A stretch of 64,000 nucleotides of DNA from Eledone cirrhosa. Its lineage: Eukaryota. Location: NCBI GenBank assembly GCA_964016885.1, contig OZ024755.1, positions 20,522,001 through 20,586,000 of the forward strand, read 5' to 3'. Of this stretch, positions 38,643 through 48,960 are shown piece by piece. The translations under genes were made by a program, and so were the position numbers. A model generated the notes under the pieces. That model was not told where the DNA came from, did no database searches, and was given only the letters and a program-made list of their open reading frames with translations. Each line of letters starts with the position of its first letter. Positions within the stretch are counted from its first letter, which is position 1.

Positions 38643-38738
38643 AACAGATTAAATTTTAAGCAAAGAATCGCTGCAAAGATCTTCTGAGATCCCGTTAAGG
38701 GTGAAAGCAGCGATTCTTTGCTTAAACTTTAATCTGTT
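38643..38738. repeat. Inverted repeat enclosing a degenerate hammerhead-like core
   Basis: ~32-bp arms. Spacer contains CTGAGA-tccc-gttaa-gggt-GAAA. Confidence 0.5.
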
Positions 38739-38739
38739 G

Positions 38740-38779
<40 letters not shown>

Positions 38780-39389
38780 AGTGGAAGCTTAGTAAAATCG
38801 AAGCTTTGGCTGTGGCCAAGCAAAGCCGACCTACAATAAGGAATGAGTAGCAAAGCATTAAACATTACGTTTAAAAGCTTGACAAACCCCAACCATACAA
38901 TACCAAAAACAACGAAAGAATATATATTCATTAATATAATTATTTTGCAATATTAACATTAATAAAATAATTCGTTTGCAATTATGCAAACAGCCTCTTT
39001 AAGCATGTCAGTAGAATGACCCCATCATTTTTGCCCTTGTGTTATATATATATAAACGGAAAAAATGAAACGAAATTTCATTTCCTACTCTTAGTACGGC
39101 TGTTACTTAAATATAAGTTTGTACACGTACATACATATATGTATACAGACGCACAGCAGTATGTATATATATATATACATACATGCACACATATATATAT
39201 ATGTACGTATGGATTCACCTAACATTTATTATAATGCTCGGTGTGTTTGTAAACAAACATCCCGAATTAAGCCGTAGTGTCTAGCAACCATCGTTGCTCG
39301 TTTGTTCAACACTGACAAAAGAGTATATATATATATATATATATATATACTCTTTTGATGGTTTCAGCCACTATTATTTTTTTTTTTTT

Positions 39390-39445
39390 AGTCCAGAAAT
39401 AGCCGTCGAAACGGCTTGAACTCAGCCGTCGGGGTCCTACTCGTT

Positions 39446-39449
<4 letters not shown>
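39390..39449 (+). mobile_element. Family P fragment (hammerhead 3' half, sense)
   Basis: tagccgtcGAAACggcttgaactcagccGTCggggtc. Confidence 0.7.
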
Positions 39450-39482
<33 letters not shown>

Positions 39483-40100
39483 AAAAGAATGAAACGAAAT
39501 TTCATTTCTCACTCTTAGTACGGCTGATACTTAAATATAAGTATGTATACGTACATACATATATGATGTATACAGACATACAGACGTATATATATATAAA
39601 TATATATGTGTGTGTGTATGTATTCAGAAACATTATCGTAGTCTACCAGATTAGGCTTAAAATTTTATAGGCTGACTATGAAAGAGTGATGCTAGAGCAG
39701 TGAAATCTTGCATGCATTAAGTTTAACTCTTCTTATTAAAAAACTGCATTGTTTCTTTCCAGGGATATTGACGAAAAAGATAAATCTCATTTGGTCATTC
39801 CATGAGAGCACCTTGGTCAGCCTATGTATTTTTTAACCGATGCGCGTACACCTTCGAAAATGTATCTTTGCAAAATGTACATTCTTGGGAGAAAACAAAT
39901 TCGTTTGAGACTTTAAACTATAATGATACCACAATATTTAGGATGGTTTATATCAGTACTTACTTCAATAGGGTTATTAAATATATTTGTTTTCTCTGTC
40001 ACTGTAAAATGTTTTTATGAACATGAACATGTTAACACTGCTTTGATTAGATTTTATTTGACTTCAACGAAAGAGATGACTATCAAGATAGATAACTCTC

Positions 40101-40173
40101 ATGGAATTAGCTCAGATGGTAGAGCGCTCGTTTAGCATGAGAGAGGTACCGGGATCAATACCCGGATTCTCCA
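40101..40173 (+). pseudogene. tRNA-Ala(AGC) pseudogene
   Basis: 73-nt cloverleaf matching eukaryotic tRNA-Ala with AGC anticodon and G3:U70. Acceptor pairs 1-2 are broken (AT instead of GG), the anticodon stem has a G-A mismatch, and the T-loop reads ATCAAT. Confidence 0.85.
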
Positions 40174-40769
40174 ATGAAGTTAGGTTCTAATTAAGCTCGA
40201 TTTTTTATCATGTGATGATTTCATTTTACTTGTGGTATTGTTGTTGATATTGTTGTTATCGTCAACTACGTAGTTTTTTTATATTTCGCGTGCGCTCTTG
40301 TTTCATTATATGCTAGCTGATTAGAAACAATCACTTTATATATATATATATGTGTGTGTGTGTGCGCGTGTGTGTATAAATATATATTGTTATACTTTGG
40401 GAGGGTCATGCTGTCAATAAAAACACACACACCTGTTGGTTTTCACTTCAATTTATTATAAATTTCCGGTCGGCTGGTTTGTTCGATAACCGGATGGTTG
40501 TTTATGTATTGTCAATATATAAAAATAAATGTTAAAATTTTATTTTTTTTATTTATTGTTTATAAATTTTGAATTTGACATTTTCCTTGGGGTCACCAGA
40601 ATTTAACCTTGCCTTAGGTGCCAGATAGTCTGGCGCCAGCCCTGTATAAACCCTATATGCCGGCGTACAAGTCGACATTTGGAGTCTAAAAATCTCTCCA
40701 ACTTATTTTGATAACGTGATGTAAAATTATAAATTGGACACAATCTCGCAGTTTTCCAATAATTATATT

Positions 40770-41631
40770 ATTGGTAGAGGGTCGGACGCCATGCTTTGAC
40801 GCATTGAGTTACGGCCCTTGCCATTCTGAGTTCAAATCCCGCCAAGGTTAACTGTGCCTTTCATCCTTACGGAGTCGATAAAATAAAGTACCAGTAATAC
40901 ACTGGTTTATTGCTGGCCTTGTGCCAAAAGTAGAAACAATTATTATGGTGGTCGATAAAATAAAGTACCAGTAATGTACTGGGATAATTGCTGGCCTTGT
41001 GCCAAAAGTAGAAACAATTATTATGGTGGTCGATAAAATAAAGTACCAGTAATACACTGAGTTATTGCTGGCCTTGTGCCAAAAGTAGAAACAATTATTA
41101 TGGGGGTCGATAAAATAAAGTACCAGTAATACACTGGGTTATTGCTGGCCTTGTGCCAAAAGTAGAAACAATTATTATGGTGGTCGATAAAATAAAGTAC
41201 CAGTAATACACTGGGTTATTGCTGGCCTTGTGCCAAAAGTAGAAACAATTATTATGGTGGTCGATAAAATAAAGTACCAGTAATACACTGGGTTATTGCT
41301 GGCCTTGTGCCAAAAGTAGAAACAATTATTATGGTGGTCGATAAAATAAAGTACCAGTAATACACTGGGTTATTGCTGGCCTTGTGCCAAAAGTAGAAAC
41401 AATTATTATGGTGGTCGATAAAATAAAGTACCAGTAATACACTGAGTTATTGCTGGCCTTGTGCCAAAAGTAGAAACAATTATTATGGTGGTCGATAAAA
41501 TAAAGTACCAGTAATACACTGAGTTATTGCTGGCCTTGTGCCAAAAGTAGAAACAATTATTATGGGGGTCGATAAAATAAAGTACCAGTAATACACTGGG
41601 TTATTGCTGGCCTTGTGCCAAAAGTAGAAAC
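40770..41631 (+). repeat. SINE family A whose 3' 77 bp is tandemly amplified to 10 copies
   Basis: gtcgataaaa at 40874, 40951, 41029, 41106, 41183, 41260, 41337, 41414, 41491 and 41568. Confidence 0.95.
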
Positions 41632-41853
41632 ACTTATGTAGAATATCCCCCATTTTGCCTCATTTCTCCCCGCTTTGGGGCACTTTCTTTCATGGTACTC
41701 CCCGTTTAGGTTTTTAGAGGTTGGCAGGTCTGATATATGTATATATCAGCATGGATTCAGTTTGAAACAGGTTAGACCATTACTCTACAGAGTACTCGAT
41801 ATTTGGGATAGTAGAATATGGTTATATTATAAAGAGTCGGGACCCGATGGCTG

Positions 41854-42325
41854 ATGTATCTATCTAAAAAGAAAGACTAAGAATTATAGAGAGAGATCGT
41901 TAAATCGTCTAATGCAGTCCCTAGAGCACTGAAAATTTGAAATTTATTTTGCTCAAAACACTCACAGGACCATAAGTATTACATGTGTAAAGTTTGAAAA
42001 CGATCGGTTGGGTGGTTCTCGAGTTTTAGGGAGTCAGACAGACAGACATTTTCTGTTTTAGATATATAGACTAGCAGAAAACCATCGTAGGCGGTTTTCT
42101 GCTAGTCTATATATCTAAAACAGAGAATGTCTGTCTGTCTGTCAGCTCACTAAAACTTGAGAACCATCCAACCGATTGTTTTCAAACTTTAGACATGTAA
42201 TACTTATGGTCCTGTGAGTGTTTTGAGCAAAAGTTATTTCAAATTTTCAATGCCCTAGGGACCGCATTAGGCGATTTAGCGTTCTCTCTATATAATTCTT
42301 AGTCTTTCTTTTTAGATAGATACAT
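41854..42325. mobile_element. Helitron-derived palindrome centred on a 3' hairpin/CTAG-TC junction
   Basis: ~220-bp inverted arms, each starting TCTATATATCTAAAACAG..(gtct)n. Centre is ctagcagaaaacc...ggttttctgctag. Confidence 0.75.
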
Positions 42326-42347
42326 AGATATAACGTTGCGCCTTTAT

Positions 42348-42463
42348 AATTGTTTCTACGTTAGGCACAAGGCCAGCAATTATCCAGTGCATTACTGGTA
42401 CTTTATTTTATCGACCCCGTAAGGATGAAAGGCAAAGTTAACCTTGGCGGGATTTGAACTCAG
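42348..42463 (-). mobile_element. SINE family A, 5' truncated
   Basis: Match to consensus. Confidence 0.85.
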
Positions 42464-42522
42464 CCCTTATAATATCTGTCTGTATGTCTGGCTGTCTGCA
42501 TTACGTCATTATGACGCGCTCA

Positions 42523-42554
<32 letters not shown>

Positions 42555-42790
42555 GTATCATAATGCAGACAGCAAGACAAAGCTTTCCTTCCCCTCTTCC
42601 AGCGTCTCTCTCTCTCTCCCTCCCGCTATCCCCCTCTTGTAGTCTGTCTCTTTCTTTCACTCTCACTCTCTCTCTACGCGTCGGACAGACAGACAGAGAA
42701 ATTGCTGGTTATATATTATAAGGAGATAGTTGCGAGCTTATTACTTAGTGATCAGGATTAACAGACATTTTTCCAGGTGACCATATTTTG

Positions 42791-43226
42791 TTATGTTCTT
42801 GCGTAATGACCGAAAGAATACGATCACGATTACAAGCGGCTGAATTAGTTTTCTCCGAAGGGTCTTTGCACCAACGTTACTCAATAGAGAGCGTAGCTCG
42901 AAGATCAGAGAGTCACTCCAGGTAGAGCCGCTACTTCTCCGAATTGAGAGATCACAGTTCCGATACTATGGACATGTGGTTAGAATGTCTCAGGAAAGAA
43001 TTGCTGGACGGACAGATTTTACAGGCAAAACTAGCAGGCAAGAGACTCAAAGTTTGACCTCAAGCAAGATGGTTGAATAACATCCATGAGTTTAGCAGGT
43101 CTCGCTTGGGGATCCAGCCAGATCAATTGGAGTTGGTTGCTTCGGACAAAACGCGCTGCAAGGAGTGTTTGAGGACTCAGCTACCCCGCTCCGACACCTC
43201 TCAGGAATACGTGGGCGAAGAAGAAA
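42791..43226 (+). mobile_element. 5'-truncated RTE-clade LINE with 11-bp TSD
   Basis: Translation VMTERIRSRLQAAE..FLRRV..IRESLQVEPLLLRIERSQFRYYGHVVRM..WLNNIHEFSRSRLGIQPDQLE. TSD accatattttg at 42780-42790 and 43227-43237. Confidence 0.88.
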
Positions 43227-43279
43227 ACCATATTTTGACTATCTTTCTTCAGTTACTACTTACAAGAGATTTCTGTTTG

Positions 43280-43560
43280 CGTGTGGCCTAATGGTAAGGA
43301 TGTTGGACTTACGATCGTAATGTCGTGGGTTCGATTCCTGGGCCGCGTTGCGTGTTGAGTTCTTTATTTCACGTTGCTCCAGTATATTCAGCTGTAAATG
43401 AATGCCAGCAATAGCTAGGGGTTTAACCCTGCGATGGACTAGCGTCCTGCCCAGGAGTGAGTCTTGTACCCTCAGTCGCTTCATGCCATGAAACCGGGAT
43501 AAGCACCGGCCTAACGAGCCTTCTGGTTTAAGACAGATTTAGATTAAACTTAGACCTTAA
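43280..43560 (+). mobile_element. Full-length tRNA-derived SINE
   Basis: A box tggcctaatgg, B box ggttcgattcc, body cctgcgatggactagcgtcc...gaaaccgggataagc, and a short-repeat tail. Confidence 0.85.
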
Positions 43561-44479
43561 ACACCCAATATACAAATATTCACTATTACATGCGAGAATA
43601 TGTTACTTAACTTATATATTCTAAGATTGTCAACCATTTTTCCAGGTGACCATATTTTGATTATCTTTCTTCAGTTACAACTTACAAGAGCTTTTTCTTT
43701 GTTGCCGACAAATTACACACGAGAATATATTACTTAATTGAGATACTCTAAGATTGTTATATATTCCGTCTTTTATGCATATTAAAGATTATTAAAAAAT
43801 TCCTGTAGATTATTGGTAGTCAGTCACATTACTAGAATCTTTTATATATATATATATATATATCGAACTTCTCTCATCACACATCTTTCGTTCTTCTAGA
43901 TAAGACATTAATACTATTGTTTTACCGTACACGTTATGTCGCTTGGCAATTCTTCTATCCTTAGCTTTTAAAATCTTTGGTTCTTTGCCAAATAGCAGAA
44001 ACTTGATTGTCTTTAAACCAAACGGAATCTGACACCAGAAAGAACTTCTGTGAGAATGTATTGCATGGTATTTTTGAATTGCACTTCTTAGTATATATCG
44101 TTGTAGTTAATTTTAATACAGGTATACAGAACTATAATGCATGTTATTTACAAAATGTAAAACCTAACCAAATGTACTATATTTCACGCTCACTGACAAC
44201 ATTTAGAGAATCTGCACTAAAAATCTCAAAACTGTAAACTTAATCAAAAAGAATTCAAACGCAGTCCAAGAACAATTTCAAAGCTTTATTCCATTTTATT
44301 TGGCAATATACCAATTCAGATGTTCATAAGCCTGCAATCACTGCTGTCTAAAATATACTTACTCTTACTGCGATTTTTATCTGTTTTGTCACAAGGAAAA
44401 ATCAATTTTAAGAAACACTTTCTACAATGCTTGCTGTTTTGATGTTGCCTTGTAGAAAGATGGCGCCATTTTAAAAACA

Positions 44480-44725
44480 TGTGGTGAGAATTTCCAAGGA
44501 AAGAACCGCTAAACATATTTTTCACGCAAAGCCAATCGGAGGAGACCCAGAGGTAGACAACGAACAAGATGGTTGGATAACATTCATAAACTCAGTTGGT
44601 CTCGCTTAGGGATCCATCCAGATCATTTGGAGACGATTGCTTCTGAGATGACCATCTGGAAGATGTTTCTGACTCCCAACTCCAAGACCCTCTTGGAATA
44701 TGTGGGCAAAGAAGAAGAAAAAGAG
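44480..44725 (+). mobile_element. RTE LINE 3' fragment
   Basis: HVVRISKERTAKHI..RPRGRQRTRWLDNIHKLSWSRLGIHPDHLETIAS. Confidence 0.8.
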
Positions 44726-44990
44726 AATAACTTCCACAGTTCATATACAGACTAACCCCCAAGCCATATTACTTTCAGCTGTCTGACCTTGTACGAAGAA
44801 TTTCTCGAGACGAAGTTATATTCCTAGCAATAAGCAACAACCACAAGTGTAAGCAATAAACATGTGGCTATGTTGTTACAGCTACTAGCTGTTGTATCAC
44901 AACCACTGCTACGAGATTCAAACAAACGTCAGTAGCCCAGATTCTCTGTTCGTGACAAGCTCGTGGTAATCCGTCGCAAACTTTTGACAA

Positions 44991-45420
44991 ATGCCTGCCA
45001 AAACGATTCCACCAAACCCTAAACTAATTGGAGTCCCTATAGTGGACATTGGAGAACAAGGATTCAGCAAGTATGTCCTATGCAAAGTATACGATGGAAA
45101 CAACCCTAAAGACTTCCAGTACATCGTTCGTGGTTCTAATATCGCTAAATTTCATGCAGACAGTTTCGACTTGGTGGATGCTGAACTTGAAATCCATGAT
45201 CTAAAGTTTAGATTCTAAACTGTATTTATGTGGGTGGTAACATTAACTTTTCCCGTATCACTGTAACCTTTTATCTAACATCAACCTCTTTATCCATTCC
45301 ATATTTCCATATACTGGATTCAGTTATAGTAACGCTCGAGTTGGATAATTCTGGAAGTGTTTATGACGTCATACAATTTTGATTATGTCCATAACAGTCT
45401 GTGATTGTGAATCGTAACAA
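44991..45420 (+). pseudogene. PHPT1: Intronless, frameshifted 14-kDa phosphohistidine phosphatase (PHPT1/Janus/Ocnus family) copy
   Basis: VPIVDIGEQGFSKYVLCKV...IVRGSNIAKFHADSF matches the family motifs VDID..G.FKYVL and IVRG...AEYHAD (recalled). The frame breaks at 45206-45219, and CIYVGGNI and a GFSY-like remnant follow in other frames. The 3' boundary is uncertain. Confidence 0.8.
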
Positions 45421-45467
45421 TATATCAACAATTATAATACGTCATAAGTATTCGGAAAATGTAGTAA

Positions 45468-45787
45468 TAATTGTTTCTACTTTAGGCACAAGGCCAGCAA
45501 TTACCCAGTGTTTTACTGGTACTTTATTTTATCGACCCCGTAAGGATGAAAGGCAAAGTTAACGTAGTTTAGGCACAAGGCCAGCAATTACCCAGTGCAT
45601 TACTGGTACTTTATTTTATCGACCCCGTAAGGATGAAAGGCAAAGTTAACGTAGTTTAGGTACAAGGCCAGCAATTTGCGGAGCGGGAAAAGTCGATTAA
45701 ATCGACCCCAGTGCATTACTGGTACTTTATTTTATCGACTCCGTAAGGATGAAAGGCAAAGCTAAACTCGGCGGGATTTGAACTCAC
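45468..45787 (-). mobile_element. Three tandem SINE family A 3' segments
   Basis: ~87-bp unit joined by the same cgtagt linker. Confidence 0.88.
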
Positions 45788-46245
45788 ATATGTGTGTGTG
45801 TGTGTGTGTGTATGTGTGTGTGTGTGTATAACTCTTCAAAATGTACACACACAATGCATTTCCTATATCAGACAAGTTGCTACAATAAGTTCGCTTTCCA
45901 ACAACAAGGTCCTGGGTTCTAGCCCTACATTTGTCCCTGTAAATAGTTACCTCTCCAAAGTTACTCCCTATATATTTAATCTTGTATGTCACTGGTACAT
46001 ATATGCTGAACATTCATGTAATTATATTCTAGAAATAAATTATTGAAATACTATTTTTATCTTTAATCTGTCCTACATACTAATAATTAACATAAACTAT
46101 AAGGTTTCTCTTATGTAAACCATAAATTTATCAAAATACAAATTTCACAGTTTGTATGATTGTTTATATATCCAGTAACCCTAGTATATATATATATATA
46201 TATATATACATATAGGTATATATATATATATATATATATACATAT

Positions 46246-46298
<53 letters not shown>

Positions 46299-46342
46299 TG
46301 AAAAAGAACAAAGGAACTATTATGACATTATAACAAGTTTAT

Positions 46343-46389
46343 TGCCGACATCCGTTTCGTCCGACCCCATGGTGGGACTTATCAAGGCA
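46343..46389 (-). ncRNA. Type I hammerhead ribozyme motif, core mutated
   Basis: tgcc-TTGATAA-GTCC..GGAC-GAAAC-ggat-GTC-ggca. Stems I-III are intact, the core has two transitions from CTGATGA, and an AATAAA overlaps its 3' end. Confidence 0.7.
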
Positions 46390-46807
46390 TATAACATGTG
46401 ATTGCAAGATCATTGTTTACATCAACGTATCACTCAAGGCTAGCAGTTTGAAATTGTTGTATACATCAGCAACTCCGCTTGTATAGTTGGGGTCAATATT
46501 CTAAGGGGGGCTCTTTTATATTAGTTGTCGGGGTCAGGAATTGAAGTTTAAAAATTAGACAAAAATATATAATTTACGCATCAACATTAAACTAAAAGAC
46601 TTGGGGTCCCGTAGAAGTACCTTAGAAAATCCCTCAATGAGTGCATAAAGCTTACAGGCTCCAATAAACCTATGAAATTTCTTCTAGAAATATATATATA
46701 TGGGGGCGGGTATACCAATCTTCAGTTTACAGAAATTATTAAATACATTCCACATTCAACGCTGTTACCGTTATTATTGACGACACGGATCAACTATTAT
46801 TTATATA

Positions 46808-47158
46808 CAGTTGTGCCCCGGGATTCGGTGGGATTACGTTCGTAGAAAACCCGTGAGGAGTGAAAACCCGGGAATATTGGTCGTGGTCAATAAAAATGCC
46901 TATAAACTGCAAAATATAACGTAAAATATGATTGAAAAAAAAAAAAAAAAAAAGAGGGAGCGTCTTATGCGAAAGGGCGTCCAATAAGCCGGCAAATACT
47001 GTATATTGTTATTAATAATTTAGCGTTGCCACGAAAAATGCCATTAAAAAATCGCGGCAGATATTTACGATTCCGCGAATATGCGGTGATTTCTACGAAC
47101 AATTATCAGTTAGGTTCTGAGGAAAATTCCGCGAATAAGTGGGACCGTTAATACACTG
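46808..47158. mobile_element. Tigger/pogo-like MITE, decayed
   Basis: TA|cagt ... actg|TA ends with repeated ccgcgaata sub-terminal motifs. Confidence 0.5.
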
Positions 47159-47869
47159 TACTACCCGAGCTGCTGTGTTTAATTATGACGTTAGTTCTCT
47201 TCTTACTTCTTCCTGCTCTCCTATTATTTACCTATATTCTCTCTCTATTTCTTTTCTTCTTTCTACATTTTTTCCTTCTCCTCCTGTCTTTATTCATTCC
47301 TTACCTTTTTCTTCTTTTTCATCTCCCAACGTTCCATCGTCTGCTTTTTCTCTCTTTTATTCCATTCAACTGGTAATTATTATCCATGCTCTCTCTGTAT
47401 ATATAATATATATAAATCTTTTATTTGTTTACTTGACTTTCTCTCTCTCGTCTTCCATTGTGTCCTTGCTATAAGATTTCATCTATCATTAGATACTCTA
47501 ACAATATGTGTATCAAGTTTCATCTGGGATGAGTGGTTGGATGCTCAATATACCAAGCAAGCTGTATAATAACTTTGGTGGTTAACCTAATTATTTGCTA
47601 ACATGCCAATGGGGAGGTGTCTTCAAAATTGGGTCATTTTTTTGATAAACACCAATTATGTATGTGTGTAAATTCGAATATGCATGCTTGTCTGTATCTA
47701 TTTATGTGTATGTACATGTATATCATCATTGCAGTTTAACGTCTATTTTCCATGCTCGAATTCTTTGTTTTAGAATCGTTTCTACGGCTGGATGTCCTTC
47801 TTAACAACCAACCACTCTACGTCGTGTACTGGGAGCATTTTATCGTGGCTTTGGCACTATCACATTAAA

Positions 47870-48960
47870 GTGTGTACTGGGAGCATGGTTTCTATGGCTG
47901 GGTGCCCTTGCTAATACTTACCTCTCTACAGCATGTACTGGGAGCATGGTTTCTATGGCTGGGTGCCCTTGCTGATACTTACCTCTCTACAGAATGTACT
48001 GGGAGCATGGTTTCTAAGGCTGGGTGCCCTTGCTGATACTTACCTCTCTACAGAATGTACTGGGAGCATGGTTTCTAAGGCTGGGTGCCCTTGCTGATAC
48101 TTACCTCTCTACAGAATGTACTGGGAGCATGGTTTCTATGGCTGGGTGCCCTTGCTGATACTTACCTCTCTACAGAATGTACTGGGAGCATGGTTTCTAA
48201 GGCTGGGTGCCCTTGCTGATACTTACCTCTCTACAGAATGTACTGGGAGCATGGTTTCTAAGGCTGGGTGCCCTTGCTGATACTTACCTCTCTACAGAAT
48301 GTACTGGGAGCATGGTTTCTATGGCTGGGTGCCCTTGCTGATACTTACCTCTCTACAGAATGTACTGGGAGCATGGTTTCTAAGGCTGGGTGCCCTTGCT
48401 GATACTTACCTCTCTACAGAATGTACTGGGAGCATGGTTTCTAAGGCTGGGTGCCCTTGCTGATACTTACCTCTCTACAGAATGTACTGGGAGCATGGTT
48501 TCTATGGCTGGGTGCCCTTGCTGATACTTACCTCTCTACAGAATGTACTGGGAGCATGGTTTCTAAGGCTGGGTGCCCTTGCTGATACTTACCTCTCTAC
48601 AGCATGTACTGGGAGCATGGTTTCTATGGCTGGGTGCCCTTGCTAATACTTACCTCTCTACAGCATGTACTGGGAGCATGGTTTCTAAGGCTGGGTGCCC
48701 TTGCTGATACTTACCTCTCTACAGCATGTACTGGGAGCATGGTTTCTATGGCTGGGTGCCCTTGCTAATACTTACCTCTCTACAGCATGTACTGGGAGCA
48801 TGGTTTCTAAGGCTGGGTGCCCTTGCTGATACTTACCTCTCTACAGCATGTACTGGGAGCATGGTTTCTATGGCTGGGTGCCCTTGCTAATACTTACCTC
48901 TCTACAGCATGTACTGGGAGCATGGTTTCTAAGGCTGGATGCTCTTACTTAAGCCAGCTA
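47870..48960. repeat. 61-bp satellite, 18 copies, derived from a SINE C tail
   Basis: gagcatggtttct every 61 bp from 47881 to 48918. Degenerate SINE-like units lie on both flanks (47780-47870, 48960-49200). Confidence 0.97.

Noticed and set aside
40874-41631. CRISPR-like periodic array
   Set aside because: Units are repeated in full with no unique spacers, derive from a SINE, and there are no cas genes in this eukaryotic context.
45362-45373. Perfect CRE palindrome tatgacgtcata (also a CRE-like pair at ~42500)
   Set aside because: Single short motifs are expected by chance, and this one lies in pseudogene-derived sequence.
47870-48960. U1 snRNA gene cluster
   Set aside because: Only the first 10 nt match U1. 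There are no U1 stem-loops or Sm site, and the unit is 61 bp.
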